A stretch of DNA of 64,000 nt. It comes from an uncultured Eubacteriales bacterium. Lineage in GTDB: Bacteria > Bacillota > Clostridia > TANB77 > CAG-508. The stretch covers positions 50,421 to 114,420 of the forward strand of contig CABUJR010000006.1 in assembly GCA_902492015.1 (NCBI GenBank). Reading direction: 5' to 3'. Position numbers and translations under genes: made by a program. This document shows, in pieces, positions 1-7,851 of this stretch (position 1 is the stretch's first letter; every line of letters begins with the position of its first letter). The notes below the pieces were generated by a model. It made no database searches. It was not told the DNA's origin and was given only the letters and a program-made list of their open reading frames with translations.

Positions 1-1035
1 AACAGGATAGATTGGAGTAGATTATTAGAAAAAAGTTTCTTAACAGATGGTGTTCCACTATTTTTTATGATAACAGGATTTTTCTTAGTAAATGGACGAA
101 GTTATAAAAAAATATGGAAAAGCACAGCTTTAAAAATATTATTACCAAGTTTTTTATTTGTTATATTTACACAAGTTTTTTATCCATTTATAGTAAATCA
201 AGAAAGTTTTATGTGGTGTATAAAAAACTTTAACATAAATACTTTAGGTGTTGTGCAGTCTATTTTAAAAGCAGATGTTAAATATTTAAATCCAACTTGC
301 GCACATCTTTGGTACATTTATTCTTATGTGAAAATAGTAATATGGATTCCTGTTCTTTGGCTAGTTTGCAAAGAAACAAAAGAATCAAAGCTTGCAAGAA
401 AAATAATGATAGGTCTTTCTATTTTGAACATAGTTTTAGTAGATATACAAAGATTTGTTACAATACCAAATATTGGGGCAATTAATATTTTAAGTTTAAT
501 TCCAACAGAAATTTTATATGTTTTGTTAGGATATGAGTTATTTGTACATAAAGACAAGATTAAAAATAACAAAAAAATATGTATAATTTCTTTAATGGGA
601 TATATAGGAATTAATTTATTAAGATATAAAATAGAAATGCAATATATGGTACTTAATTATCTTACAGATATTGTAGGTAGAGAAAACTTTATGGAATGGA
701 GATATACTTCAATAAATATAATTTCTGGTTTGTTTTTATTCATGTTCTTATATTCTTTTGAAATAAAAAATAGAAGATTAAATAATATAATTTTATGGAT
801 AAGTAATAAAACTTTTGGAATATATCTAGTACATTACTTAATACTTGCAAAAATTGATTTATATAAATTTGAAAAAATAGAGAAGTTTATATTTGAACTT
901 GCATATTTAGCAATAGGTTTAATTTTAACTTTAATACTTTCAATAGTAATTGTTGTAATTTTGGAGAATATAAAGAAAGCAATAGTAAAATGTATAAAAT
1001 TCTTAAAAATAAAATTACTTGTTGAAAATAGATAG
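1..1035 (+). CDS. Acyltransferase family 3 (OatA-like) membrane protein, 5'-truncated by window edge
   Basis: Frame is open from nt 1 (NRIDWSRLLEKSFLTDGVPLFFMITGFF...). Polytopic hydrophobic protein with an acyltransferase-3-like FFxITGF motif. Confidence 0.55.
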   Translation, partial: NRIDWSRLLEKSFLTDGVPLFFMITGFFLVNGRSYKKIWKSTALKILLPSFLFVIFTQVFYPFIVNQESFMWCIKNFNINTLGVVQSILKADVKYLNPTCAHLWYIYSYVKIVIWIPVLWLVCKETKESKLARKIMIGLSILNIVLVDIQRFVTIPNIGAINILSLIPTEILYVLLGYELFVHKDKIKNNKKICIISLMGYIGINLLRYKIEMQYMVLNYLTDIVGRENFMEWRYTSINIISGLFLFMFLYSFEIKNRRLNNIILWISNKTFGIYLVHYLILAKIDLYKFEKIEKFIFELAYLAIGLILTLILSIVIVVILENIKKAIVKCIKFLKIKLLVENR

Positions 1036-1069
1036 AATAATATAATTTATTTAATTTGGAGAAATAAAT

Positions 1070-2275
1070 ATGAAAGAATCAATAAAAAATATTTTATTTG
1101 AAGTACTAATTTTTTTAGCGATAATAGTAGTAGCTATTATATGTGTATATTTGCAAAGTCATAGTATTATGATTAATTTAGATGACAATTCTACATATAT
1201 AGAAAAAAAGGATGCCAAATTAACATCAGGAGAAAAAATAACTATAGAAAAAGAACAGGGAATTGCATGTATAATTTTAGGAATAACAATTTTATTATTT
1301 ATAGTTAATTTTGATATGATGCATAGAAATGAAAAAACTAAAGAAATTTCAAGAGAAGTGGAAAATTTAATTTCGCCTTCACTTGCAGAAGTTGTAATTG
1401 ATGGAAAAATAGAAATAAAACATTTAATAATGTCAACAATTATAGATTTAAGTCTTAGGGGAAATATAGAGATAATAAATAATGATACTATAAGACTTTT
1501 ATCAACAGGAAATTTAGAACTTTATGAATCAAAAATTATAGATTTAATATTTCAAGATAGTAATGTGGTAGCTTTTAAAGATATTAATAAAATATTTAAA
1601 AAATCTAATAAAAAAACTGTAGAATTTAGTAAGCAAGTTCAGATTATTAAAAAATTAATTGTGGAAAAATTATATAATATTAAGATTTTTTCTGCTGAGA
1701 AAACCTTAATTAATAAAGTTATAACTTCTATATCTTTGTTTTTAATAATAAATTTAATTTTAATACTTTCAGGTTTCTTAAATGCAATAGAAGCTTTAGT
1801 TACAGTTAATATAATTTTAATTGTAGCATACATATATTATTTATATAAAGGTACTTCAATGTTAGAACAAAAAGAAACAAATGCATATAAAAGTGAAAAA
1901 AGAAAATTATATATTTTAATGATATGTATAGTAGTTTCTTTAATTTTAACTATAGGAAAAATCATGATTTATAAACCACAAATGATTCTTCTTGTTTTAC
2001 TAACAGTTGGCTTAAATATAATTATTATAAAAAATAGCAAAGATGTTGTTTTAACAGATAGAGGAAAAATAGAAAAATTAAAATTATTAAGACTTAAAAA
2101 TTATATTAATGAATATAGTCTAATAAAGGATAGAGATTTAAATTCGTCTGTTGTTTGGGATAAATATTTAGCTTATGCGACAGCTTTTGAGATACCAAAC
2201 AAAGTAACAGATTCTATTTATGAATCTTGGTATGACTTAAATCTTACTTTGCAATTTATTGATAGAATTTTGTAG
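1070..2275 (+). CDS. Hypothetical polytopic membrane protein
   Basis: 401-aa ORF with several hydrophobic helices and an aggaaataaat-ATG context. No recognisable catalytic motif. Confidence 0.5.
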   Translation: MKESIKNILFEVLIFLAIIVVAIICVYLQSHSIMINLDDNSTYIEKKDAKLTSGEKITIEKEQGIACIILGITILLFIVNFDMMHRNEKTKEISREVENLISPSLAEVVIDGKIEIKHLIMSTIIDLSLRGNIEIINNDTIRLLSTGNLELYESKIIDLIFQDSNVVAFKDINKIFKKSNKKTVEFSKQVQIIKKLIVEKLYNIKIFSAEKTLINKVITSISLFLIINLILILSGFLNAIEALVTVNIILIVAYIYYLYKGTSMLEQKETNAYKSEKRKLYILMICIVVSLILTIGKIMIYKPQMILLVLLTVGLNIIIIKNSKDVVLTDRGKIEKLKLLRLKNYINEYSLIKDRDLNSSVVWDKYLAYATAFEIPNKVTDSIYESWYDLNLTLQFIDRIL

Positions 2276-2451
2276 TTGAATATATTATGAAGATTAAAAA
2301 AGTTAAATTTATGTGTTAATTATAAAATCAATTTTTAAGATTAATAAAACAAGATATACAAGTTAATATATTTGCTGGACTTTTAAAAATTTATATGATA
2401 AAATGTTTTAAATTAAATTATTGTGTAAAATAAGTATAGGAGGACTAATTT

Positions 2452-2739
2452 ATGGAATTAAAAAGATGTGCTCGTTGTGGTAAATTTTTTGCATCAGATG
2501 TAGATGTATGCAACGAATGTGAGAGAAAAGATGTTGCTGATTTAAGTAAGTTAAAAGTTTTTTTTGAAGGAGGATATTCAAAAGGAATTTCAAAAATGGA
2601 AATTTCAGCTTCAACAGGTATTAGTGCAAGAAATTTAAATCGATATTTAGGCTATGAAGAATTTAGTGGTATATATGTATCAGAAGAAAATGCTGGTAGT
2701 ATAAATGAAAAAATAGTAGACGGAAAGATTAGCTTATAA
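2452..2739 (+). CDS. Small zinc-ribbon (CxxC...CxxC) plus HTH-like protein
   Basis: 95 aa with CARCGK...CNEC N-terminus. RBS aggagga 8 nt upstream. Lies directly upstream of tyrS. Confidence 0.5.
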   Translation: MELKRCARCGKFFASDVDVCNECERKDVADLSKLKVFFEGGYSKGISKMEISASTGISARNLNRYLGYEEFSGIYVSEENAGSINEKIVDGKISL

Positions 2740-2759
2740 TATTAGGAGGAATTACATAG

Positions 2760-3974
2760 ATGACAGATATAATAAAAGAACTTGAAGAAAGAGGATATAT
2801 TGAACAATTAACACATGAAGAAGAAATAAGAAAATTGTTTCAAAAAGAAAGTGTTAGTTTTTACATAGGAATTGACCCAACAGCAAATAGTATGCATATT
2901 GGACATTTTGTGGCATTAATGGTAGCTTCTAGATTACAAAAAGCTGGACACAAACCAATTATATTAATGGGTGGAGGAACAGCAACAATAGGAGATCCAT
3001 CAGGCAGAACAGATATGAGACAAATGCTTACAAGAGAACAATTAGATTCAAATGTTGAAGCAATAAAAAAACAAGCAGAAAGATTTGTTTCTTTTGAAGG
3101 AGAAAATGCAGCAATTATAGTTAATAATGCAGACTGGTTATTAGATTTAAAATACATAGATTTTATGAGAGAAATAGGATCTCATTTTACAGTAAGCAAA
3201 ATGCTTGCTCAAGAATGCTATAAAACAAGACTAGAAACAGGTTTAACATTTTTTGAAATGGGGTACTTATTATTACAAAGTTATGACTTCTTATATTTAC
3301 ATGATAAATATAATTGTAAGTTACAAATTGGTGGAAATGACCAATGGTCTAATATAATCGGCGGTGTTGAATTAATTAGAAAAATTGGTGCAGAAGATTC
3401 TTATGGATTAACATTTAAACTTCTTACAACAGCTGAAGGTAAGAAGATGGGTAAAACAGCAAAAGGTGCTTTATGGTTAAATCCAGAAAAAACTTCACCT
3501 TATGAATTTTATCAATATTGGAGAAATATTGGAGATACAGAGGTTGAAAAAGTACTAAGTTTACTAACTTTTTTACCAATGGATGAAGTAAAAAGATTAT
3601 CTTCATTAAAAGATGAAAAAATAAATGAAGCTAAAAAAATTGCTGCCTATGAAATTACAAAATTAATTCATGGTGAAGAAGAAGCTAAAAAAGCAGAAGA
3701 AGCTGCTGAAGCTTTATTTGGAAATGGTGGAAATATAGATAATATGCCTTCAACAAAATTAGAAAATATTAATATTTCAATATTAGATGCAATAATAACT
3801 GTTGGTATGGCTCCATCAAAAGGACAAGCAAAAACTTTAATTTCACAAGGTGGGATTACTTTAAATGATAATAAAGTAGAAGATATTTCATATATATTAA
3901 GTGAAACAGACTTTAAAGATGGATATGCTATTTTGAAAAAAGGTAAAAAGGTATTTCATAAATTAGAAAAATAG
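2760..3974 (+). CDS. tyrS: Tyrosyl-tRNA synthetase
   Basis: HIGH motif (SMHIGHFVAL), KMSKS-like KMGKT, and a C-terminal S4-like domain. RBS aggagga. Confidence 0.93.
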   Translation: MTDIIKELEERGYIEQLTHEEEIRKLFQKESVSFYIGIDPTANSMHIGHFVALMVASRLQKAGHKPIILMGGGTATIGDPSGRTDMRQMLTREQLDSNVEAIKKQAERFVSFEGENAAIIVNNADWLLDLKYIDFMREIGSHFTVSKMLAQECYKTRLETGLTFFEMGYLLLQSYDFLYLHDKYNCKLQIGGNDQWSNIIGGVELIRKIGAEDSYGLTFKLLTTAEGKKMGKTAKGALWLNPEKTSPYEFYQYWRNIGDTEVEKVLSLLTFLPMDEVKRLSSLKDEKINEAKKIAAYEITKLIHGEEEAKKAEEAAEALFGNGGNIDNMPSTKLENINISILDAIITVGMAPSKGQAKTLISQGGITLNDNKVEDISYILSETDFKDGYAILKKGKKVFHKLEK

Positions 3975-4015
3975 AGTTTATATGAAAACTAATTGAAAAA
4001 AGGATAAATAAAGTT

Positions 4016-4046
4016 CTAGCAAGAATATTTTGCTAGAGCTTTTTTA
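4016..4046 (+). terminator. Rho-independent terminator after tyrS
   Basis: Stem ctagcaa / ttgctag with a 7-nt loop, followed by a T-run. Confidence 0.7.
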
Positions 4047-4083
4047 TTTACTAGGAAAGTGCTCCGTACCTACTACTAAATAA
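4041..4083. repeat. ~40-nt repeat copy A (TTTTTTATTTAcTAGGAAAGTGCTCcGtaCCTaCTaCTAAATA) at left edge of GC-rich islet
   Basis: Near-identical to the 21061-21100 copy and partially to 6756-6792. All three follow a terminator hairpin. Confidence 0.6.
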
Positions 4084-4228
4084 AGGTTTACGCCCAATAT
4101 TGCACACAAGTTTTTTTCAAAAAACTTGGTAGGACGAACAAAGACGTGAACATCTTCATAAAATTTAATCTTTTGCAATTATCATAATGTACACTTTTGT
4201 TCTATGATAGAAAGGACTCTTACTTAAG

Positions 4229-4257
4229 TTGAAAATATTATGTAAATATGTTATAAT
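4229..4257 (+). promoter_or_regulatory. Sigma-A-like promoter for the rSAM islet (TTGAAA-17-TATAAT)
   Basis: TTGAAA at 4229-4234, 17-nt spacer, TATAAT at 4252-4257, about 95 nt upstream of the rSAM start. Confidence 0.5.
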
Positions 4258-4354
4258 AAAAAATGGTAATCTTTGTTAGAGAATAAGACAAGTGGATAAG
4301 CTTGTTAGGTAGATTCTCAAAACAAAAAACACAAAGTATCAAGGAGGAACGAGT

Positions 4355-5728
4355 ATGAAGCTAAGAACAAGGATGTACCTACGGAAAAGACTAAATGAAG
4401 TCAAACACACAACTTTAAACCCAAACGGGCCAGGTGTTGTTCGGATTCATTTGGTGCCACCGAAAGCTGGCAAAGAAGATGCACCAGCAGTAGTAATTAT
4501 TAACGGAAGGGATTTGCTGCCTATTAAACCTTCGTGGAGTTTACTTTTGGCAGAATTCATAACGCAAATAAACTACTATGCTGGAAAATCTCTTTCAGAG
4601 GATGACCTTCGCACAATAAGAGATAACACTTTTGTGCAGGTAACGAAGGTTTTCAGGAAAGTGGATCGCGACCTGTTAAGAGATGACCTGAAATCACTGA
4701 TGGACACGTTATGTAAGATTGCATACGGAGAAGAAGTGGACGAAGACATTCCATATATGTCTATCGGTGAATATGCATCCTACATGAGTGCTCCGCACAG
4801 AATTGATTTAATGATAAGCAGTATGACCAAATCTGGAAAATGGCATTGTAACCAGAGATGTGTTAACTGCTATGCAGCAGGTCAGACTGAAGCGGAAGTC
4901 AATGAACTTTCTACAGAAGAGTGGAAGAAAATCATTGACAAATGCAGAGCCGCATATATACCACAAATTACATTTACCGGTGGAGAACCAACAATGAGAA
5001 ATGACTTGGTAGAACTTATTGACTATTCTCAATGGTTTGTAACCAGGTTAAATACCAATGGTATTCTCCTCTCAAAGGAGCTTTGTAAGCAACTTTATGA
5101 GGCGAGCTTGGATAGTGTACAAATAACTCTATACTCATCTGACGAAGCCGAGCATGAGGCACTTACCGGTAGTTGCGGTACCTTTAAACACACAGTACAA
5201 GGAATAAAAAATGCCATAGAGGCAGGACTGAATGTGAGTATTAATACTCCGCTGTGTAAAGGAAACTCAGATTATGTAAAAACACTCAAGTTTTTGCATA
5301 GCTTGGGAGTAACTTATGTTTCTTGTTCTGGTATTATTTTTACTGGAAATGCGAGAAGCAAGACTGCAAAGGAAAAGCAACTGACAGAAGATGAGCTTTT
5401 CAAGATTCTTAAAGAAGCGACAGCATATTGCTGGCAAAATGATATGGAGATTGCATTTACATCTCCTGGGCAAGTTTCAGAAGAAAAACTTGAACAGCTC
5501 GATCTATCTCTTCCCACATGTGGTGCTTGCCTTAGTAATATGGCTATCGCACCAAATGGCAATGTTGTTCCATGTCAGAGCTGGTTAAATGGCAATTCTG
5601 TATTAGGAAACATGCTGTCTGATCCGTGGAAGAGAATTTGGAATTCCCCTAAAGCCTTAAGTATCAGGGAGTTTTCTGCTCGGATGGAGCATACATGCCC
5701 ATTAAAGACAGTAAAGGAGGACAAATAA
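4355..5728 (+). CDS. Radical SAM enzyme with SPASM/twitch-like C-terminal Cys-rich domain and ~160-aa N-terminal (RRE-like?) extension
   Basis: CNQRCVNCYAAGQ (CX3CX2C) at about aa 165. Later Cys clusters CKGNSDY, SCSG, CGAC...PC, HTCP. Strong RBS aaggaggaacgagt-ATG. About 43% GC against a 27% background. Confidence 0.85.
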   Translation: MKLRTRMYLRKRLNEVKHTTLNPNGPGVVRIHLVPPKAGKEDAPAVVIINGRDLLPIKPSWSLLLAEFITQINYYAGKSLSEDDLRTIRDNTFVQVTKVFRKVDRDLLRDDLKSLMDTLCKIAYGEEVDEDIPYMSIGEYASYMSAPHRIDLMISSMTKSGKWHCNQRCVNCYAAGQTEAEVNELSTEEWKKIIDKCRAAYIPQITFTGGEPTMRNDLVELIDYSQWFVTRLNTNGILLSKELCKQLYEASLDSVQITLYSSDEAEHEALTGSCGTFKHTVQGIKNAIEAGLNVSINTPLCKGNSDYVKTLKFLHSLGVTYVSCSGIIFTGNARSKTAKEKQLTEDELFKILKEATAYCWQNDMEIAFTSPGQVSEEKLEQLDLSLPTCGACLSNMAIAPNGNVVPCQSWLNGNSVLGNMLSDPWKRIWNSPKALSIREFSARMEHTCPLKTVKEDK

Positions 5729-5729
5729 T

Positions 5730-6689
5730 ATGAAAGCAAAAACAATGGTAACACGGATAATTATTGTTTTGGCTGTTATTTTCACTTTACTGCCAATAAC
5801 AGTATATGCCAAAGAACCCCTGGATGAAATCCAGGACTACACAGTAACAGTTGACCTTAGACCTGATGGAACAGCAGATATCAAGTATCATCTGGAATGG
5901 AAGGTACTTGATGACAGTTCAGAAGGCCCTTTGGAATGGGTAAAAATAGGTATTGCAAATGAGAATGTTGATGAAATTACAGCATTAACAAGCAATATAA
6001 GCAAGATCAAATATTACCCAGAGGGATCAGATGATTATGTTCGCATAGATTTTGATAGAAAATACTATGCGGGGGAAGTCATAAATTTTGATTTCTCACT
6101 TCATCAGAGTCATTTGTACGTAATGGATAAAGAAGAGCATCTGCTCAGATATTCTTTTACACCGGGCTGGTTTCCTGAAATTGAGGTAAAAAATATCACT
6201 ATCAAATGGAATAAAAATAATGTGATTAAAACCTCAGCAGAACAAGAAGATAGCAATGGATATTATGTTTGGAATGGAAGCTTAAGCTTTGATGAAAGGC
6301 TTAATGCATCTGTTTCTTATAATCTGGATGCTTATGCTGCTACTGAAGAAGGTCAGGCTCAAGAAAAGGAAGAAGATGGAATACCAACGATTTTGGTAAT
6401 AATTCTTATTGTACTAATTGTTATATTGGTAATAGTAGTTCTTGTAGCTATCTTTTCAAACGATGATGATTATGGTTCTGGTAGAGGTTATGGAGGAGGC
6501 TCTCATTATAGGAGCACATATATCCATACACATCATTCTTCTTGCGTAAGTAGCTGTGCTTGCGTGCATTGTGCATGTGCATGTGCATGCGCAGGCGGTG
6601 GAAGAGCAGGATGTAGCAAGAAAGACTTCTACGGTACTAATCTTAAGAAAGACATGATGGATAAGGTTCTAAGCGAAGAGCTGGACTAG
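5730..6689 (+). CDS. DUF2207-like single-pass membrane protein with cytoplasmic Cys/Gly-rich tail (putative rSAM substrate)
   Basis: Signal peptide, about 190-aa ectodomain (IQDYTVTVDLRPDGTADIKYHLEWKV), TM helix IPTILVIILIVLIVILVIVVLVAIF, and tail ...GGGSHYRSTYIHTHHSSCVSSCACVHCACACACAGGGRAGC. Start is 2 nt after the rSAM stop, with RBS aaggagg. Confidence 0.6.
   Translation: MKAKTMVTRIIIVLAVIFTLLPITVYAKEPLDEIQDYTVTVDLRPDGTADIKYHLEWKVLDDSSEGPLEWVKIGIANENVDEITALTSNISKIKYYPEGSDDYVRIDFDRKYYAGEVINFDFSLHQSHLYVMDKEEHLLRYSFTPGWFPEIEVKNITIKWNKNNVIKTSAEQEDSNGYYVWNGSLSFDERLNASVSYNLDAYAATEEGQAQEKEEDGIPTILVIILIVLIVILVIVVLVAIFSNDDDYGSGRGYGGGSHYRSTYIHTHHSSCVSSCACVHCACACACAGGGRAGCSKKDFYGTNLKKDMMDKVLSEELD
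6570..6593 (+). repeat. (TGYGCA)4 hexanucleotide microsatellite encoding the CACACACA tract
   Basis: tgtgca tgtgca tgtgca tgcgca, in frame as Cys-Ala repeats. Confidence 0.8.
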
Positions 6690-6723
6690 TAAAAGACCAA
6701 AAAAAGATTTAATTTGTGTTAAA

Positions 6724-6765
6724 GATAGCAGGGCGGAGATTTCCGCGCCTGCTATCTTTTTATTA
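6724..6765 (+). terminator. GC-rich rho-independent terminator ending the rSAM islet
   Basis: gatagcagggcgg ... ccgcgcctgctatc stem followed by tttttatta. Confidence 0.75.
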
Positions 6766-6792
6766 TATAATAGGAAAGTCCGCTTGGCTTCC
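6756..6792. repeat. Degenerate repeat copy C (ATAGGAAAGTCCGCTTGGCTTCC) at right edge of islet
   Basis: Shares the T-run plus TAGGAAAGT(G)C core with copies at 4041 and 21061. Confidence 0.4.
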
Positions 6793-6913
6793 AATTCTTA
6801 TAGTGTCCTATTTTGTTCCATTCTTCTTATTATAATTACTTTATAATTACTTGAAAAAAATTTTATAAAATAGTAAAATATTATTGTTATTTAATATTTG
6901 AAAGGAACAAGAT

Positions 6914-7690
6914 ATGAGTAAAAAGTTAAAATTTTTGATAATTATAGTAAGTTTAGCAGTAATAATAGGTTTAACATTCGGGATTATGGCAATATATAGA
7001 TTTTGTGTTATTCAAAGTATTTTTAAAAAGATAGATGAAAATATAGAGATAAAAAATTATTCATTAAAAACTACTTTAACAAATAGCAATGGAGAAAAAA
7101 CTGTTACACAAGCATATTATAAAGATGGAATTGGAAAAAATATTGCTTCAAATGGAGTTTATACTTGGGTAGATGAAAAGGATGCATATATGGTAGATGA
7201 AGATAATAATACACTATATGTTTTAGATATAGAAGGGGAAAATTCTATTTCATTAGTTTCTGATTCTATGTTTGCAAGTTTGGTACCAGGATATAATAAA
7301 AGCTTTTTTGAAAGAATTCTTATGGCATGTGATTTAAATTATAAAATTAAGTCTGAAAAATTAGATGATCAAAAATGTTATGTAATTGAAGATAATGAAC
7401 AAAAAGCTAAGAAAACAGTTTGGATTACTAAAGATAGAAAAAATCCAATTAAAGCAAAAGTAGAATTTGAAAATGGAGAAGTTTTTGAATATGATTATGA
7501 GCTAAAATTTTTAGGAACAAAATTAAGAGATGTTGAACTTCCAGATACCAAAAATTATACTTTGATAAATTATGAAACCGGAGAAGTAATTTTAGATGAA
7601 AATGATAATGTAAATTCAGAAACAAATACTGCTAATGAAAATACTAATACAACAAATACAGATGAAGCAAGTAATGTGGTAGAAAACTAG
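6914..7690 (+). CDS. Hypothetical membrane-anchored/secreted protein
   Basis: N-terminal hydrophobic anchor, RBS aaagga, and an Asn/Thr-rich C-terminus. Confidence 0.5.
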   Translation: MSKKLKFLIIIVSLAVIIGLTFGIMAIYRFCVIQSIFKKIDENIEIKNYSLKTTLTNSNGEKTVTQAYYKDGIGKNIASNGVYTWVDEKDAYMVDEDNNTLYVLDIEGENSISLVSDSMFASLVPGYNKSFFERILMACDLNYKIKSEKLDDQKCYVIEDNEQKAKKTVWITKDRKNPIKAKVEFENGEVFEYDYELKFLGTKLRDVELPDTKNYTLINYETGEVILDENDNVNSETNTANENTNTTNTDEASNVVEN

Positions 7691-7756
7691 AAATATAGTA
7701 TGAAATTGTTTTGTATATAGAATAATTATATTTATATTAAAAATAAATAAATGCAA

Positions 7757-7785
7757 CTATTTTAATAGTTGCATTTATTGTTTTA
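7757..7785. terminator. Bidirectional terminator between convergent genes
   Basis: aaatgcaacta / tagttgcattt hairpin flanked by A- and T-runs. Confidence 0.65.
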
Positions 7786-7851
7786 GTAATAGTCTAGTAT
7801 AAAAACTATATTTGAATAAATAAATTTATATTAATAGATTTTATTTAAATC

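Noticed and set aside
297-572. Short ORFs 297-485(+) and 324-572(-) and many other 60-150-aa ORFs antisense to or nested within large genes (for example 16846-17298, 34914-35399, 61299-61745)
   Set aside because: They fall entirely within well-supported genes, have low-complexity AT-biased composition, and lack RBS. Treated as spurious.
2276-2451. Possible T-box leader upstream of tyrS
   Set aside because: No conserved T-box sequence (AATTAGGGTGGNACCGCG-like) and no GC-rich antiterminator/terminator pair. The region is plain AT-rich promoter DNA feeding a small Zn-ribbon gene.
5678-5702. Third GCTCGGA site near the rSAM C-terminus as another insertion frameshift
   Set aside because: The observed frame gives a plausible SPASM-like ending (..EHTCPLKTVKEDK) and a stop abutting the next gene's RBS. 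The alternative frame (..AGWSIHAH*) is not more convincing. Flagged inside the vanW/infB finding but not called.
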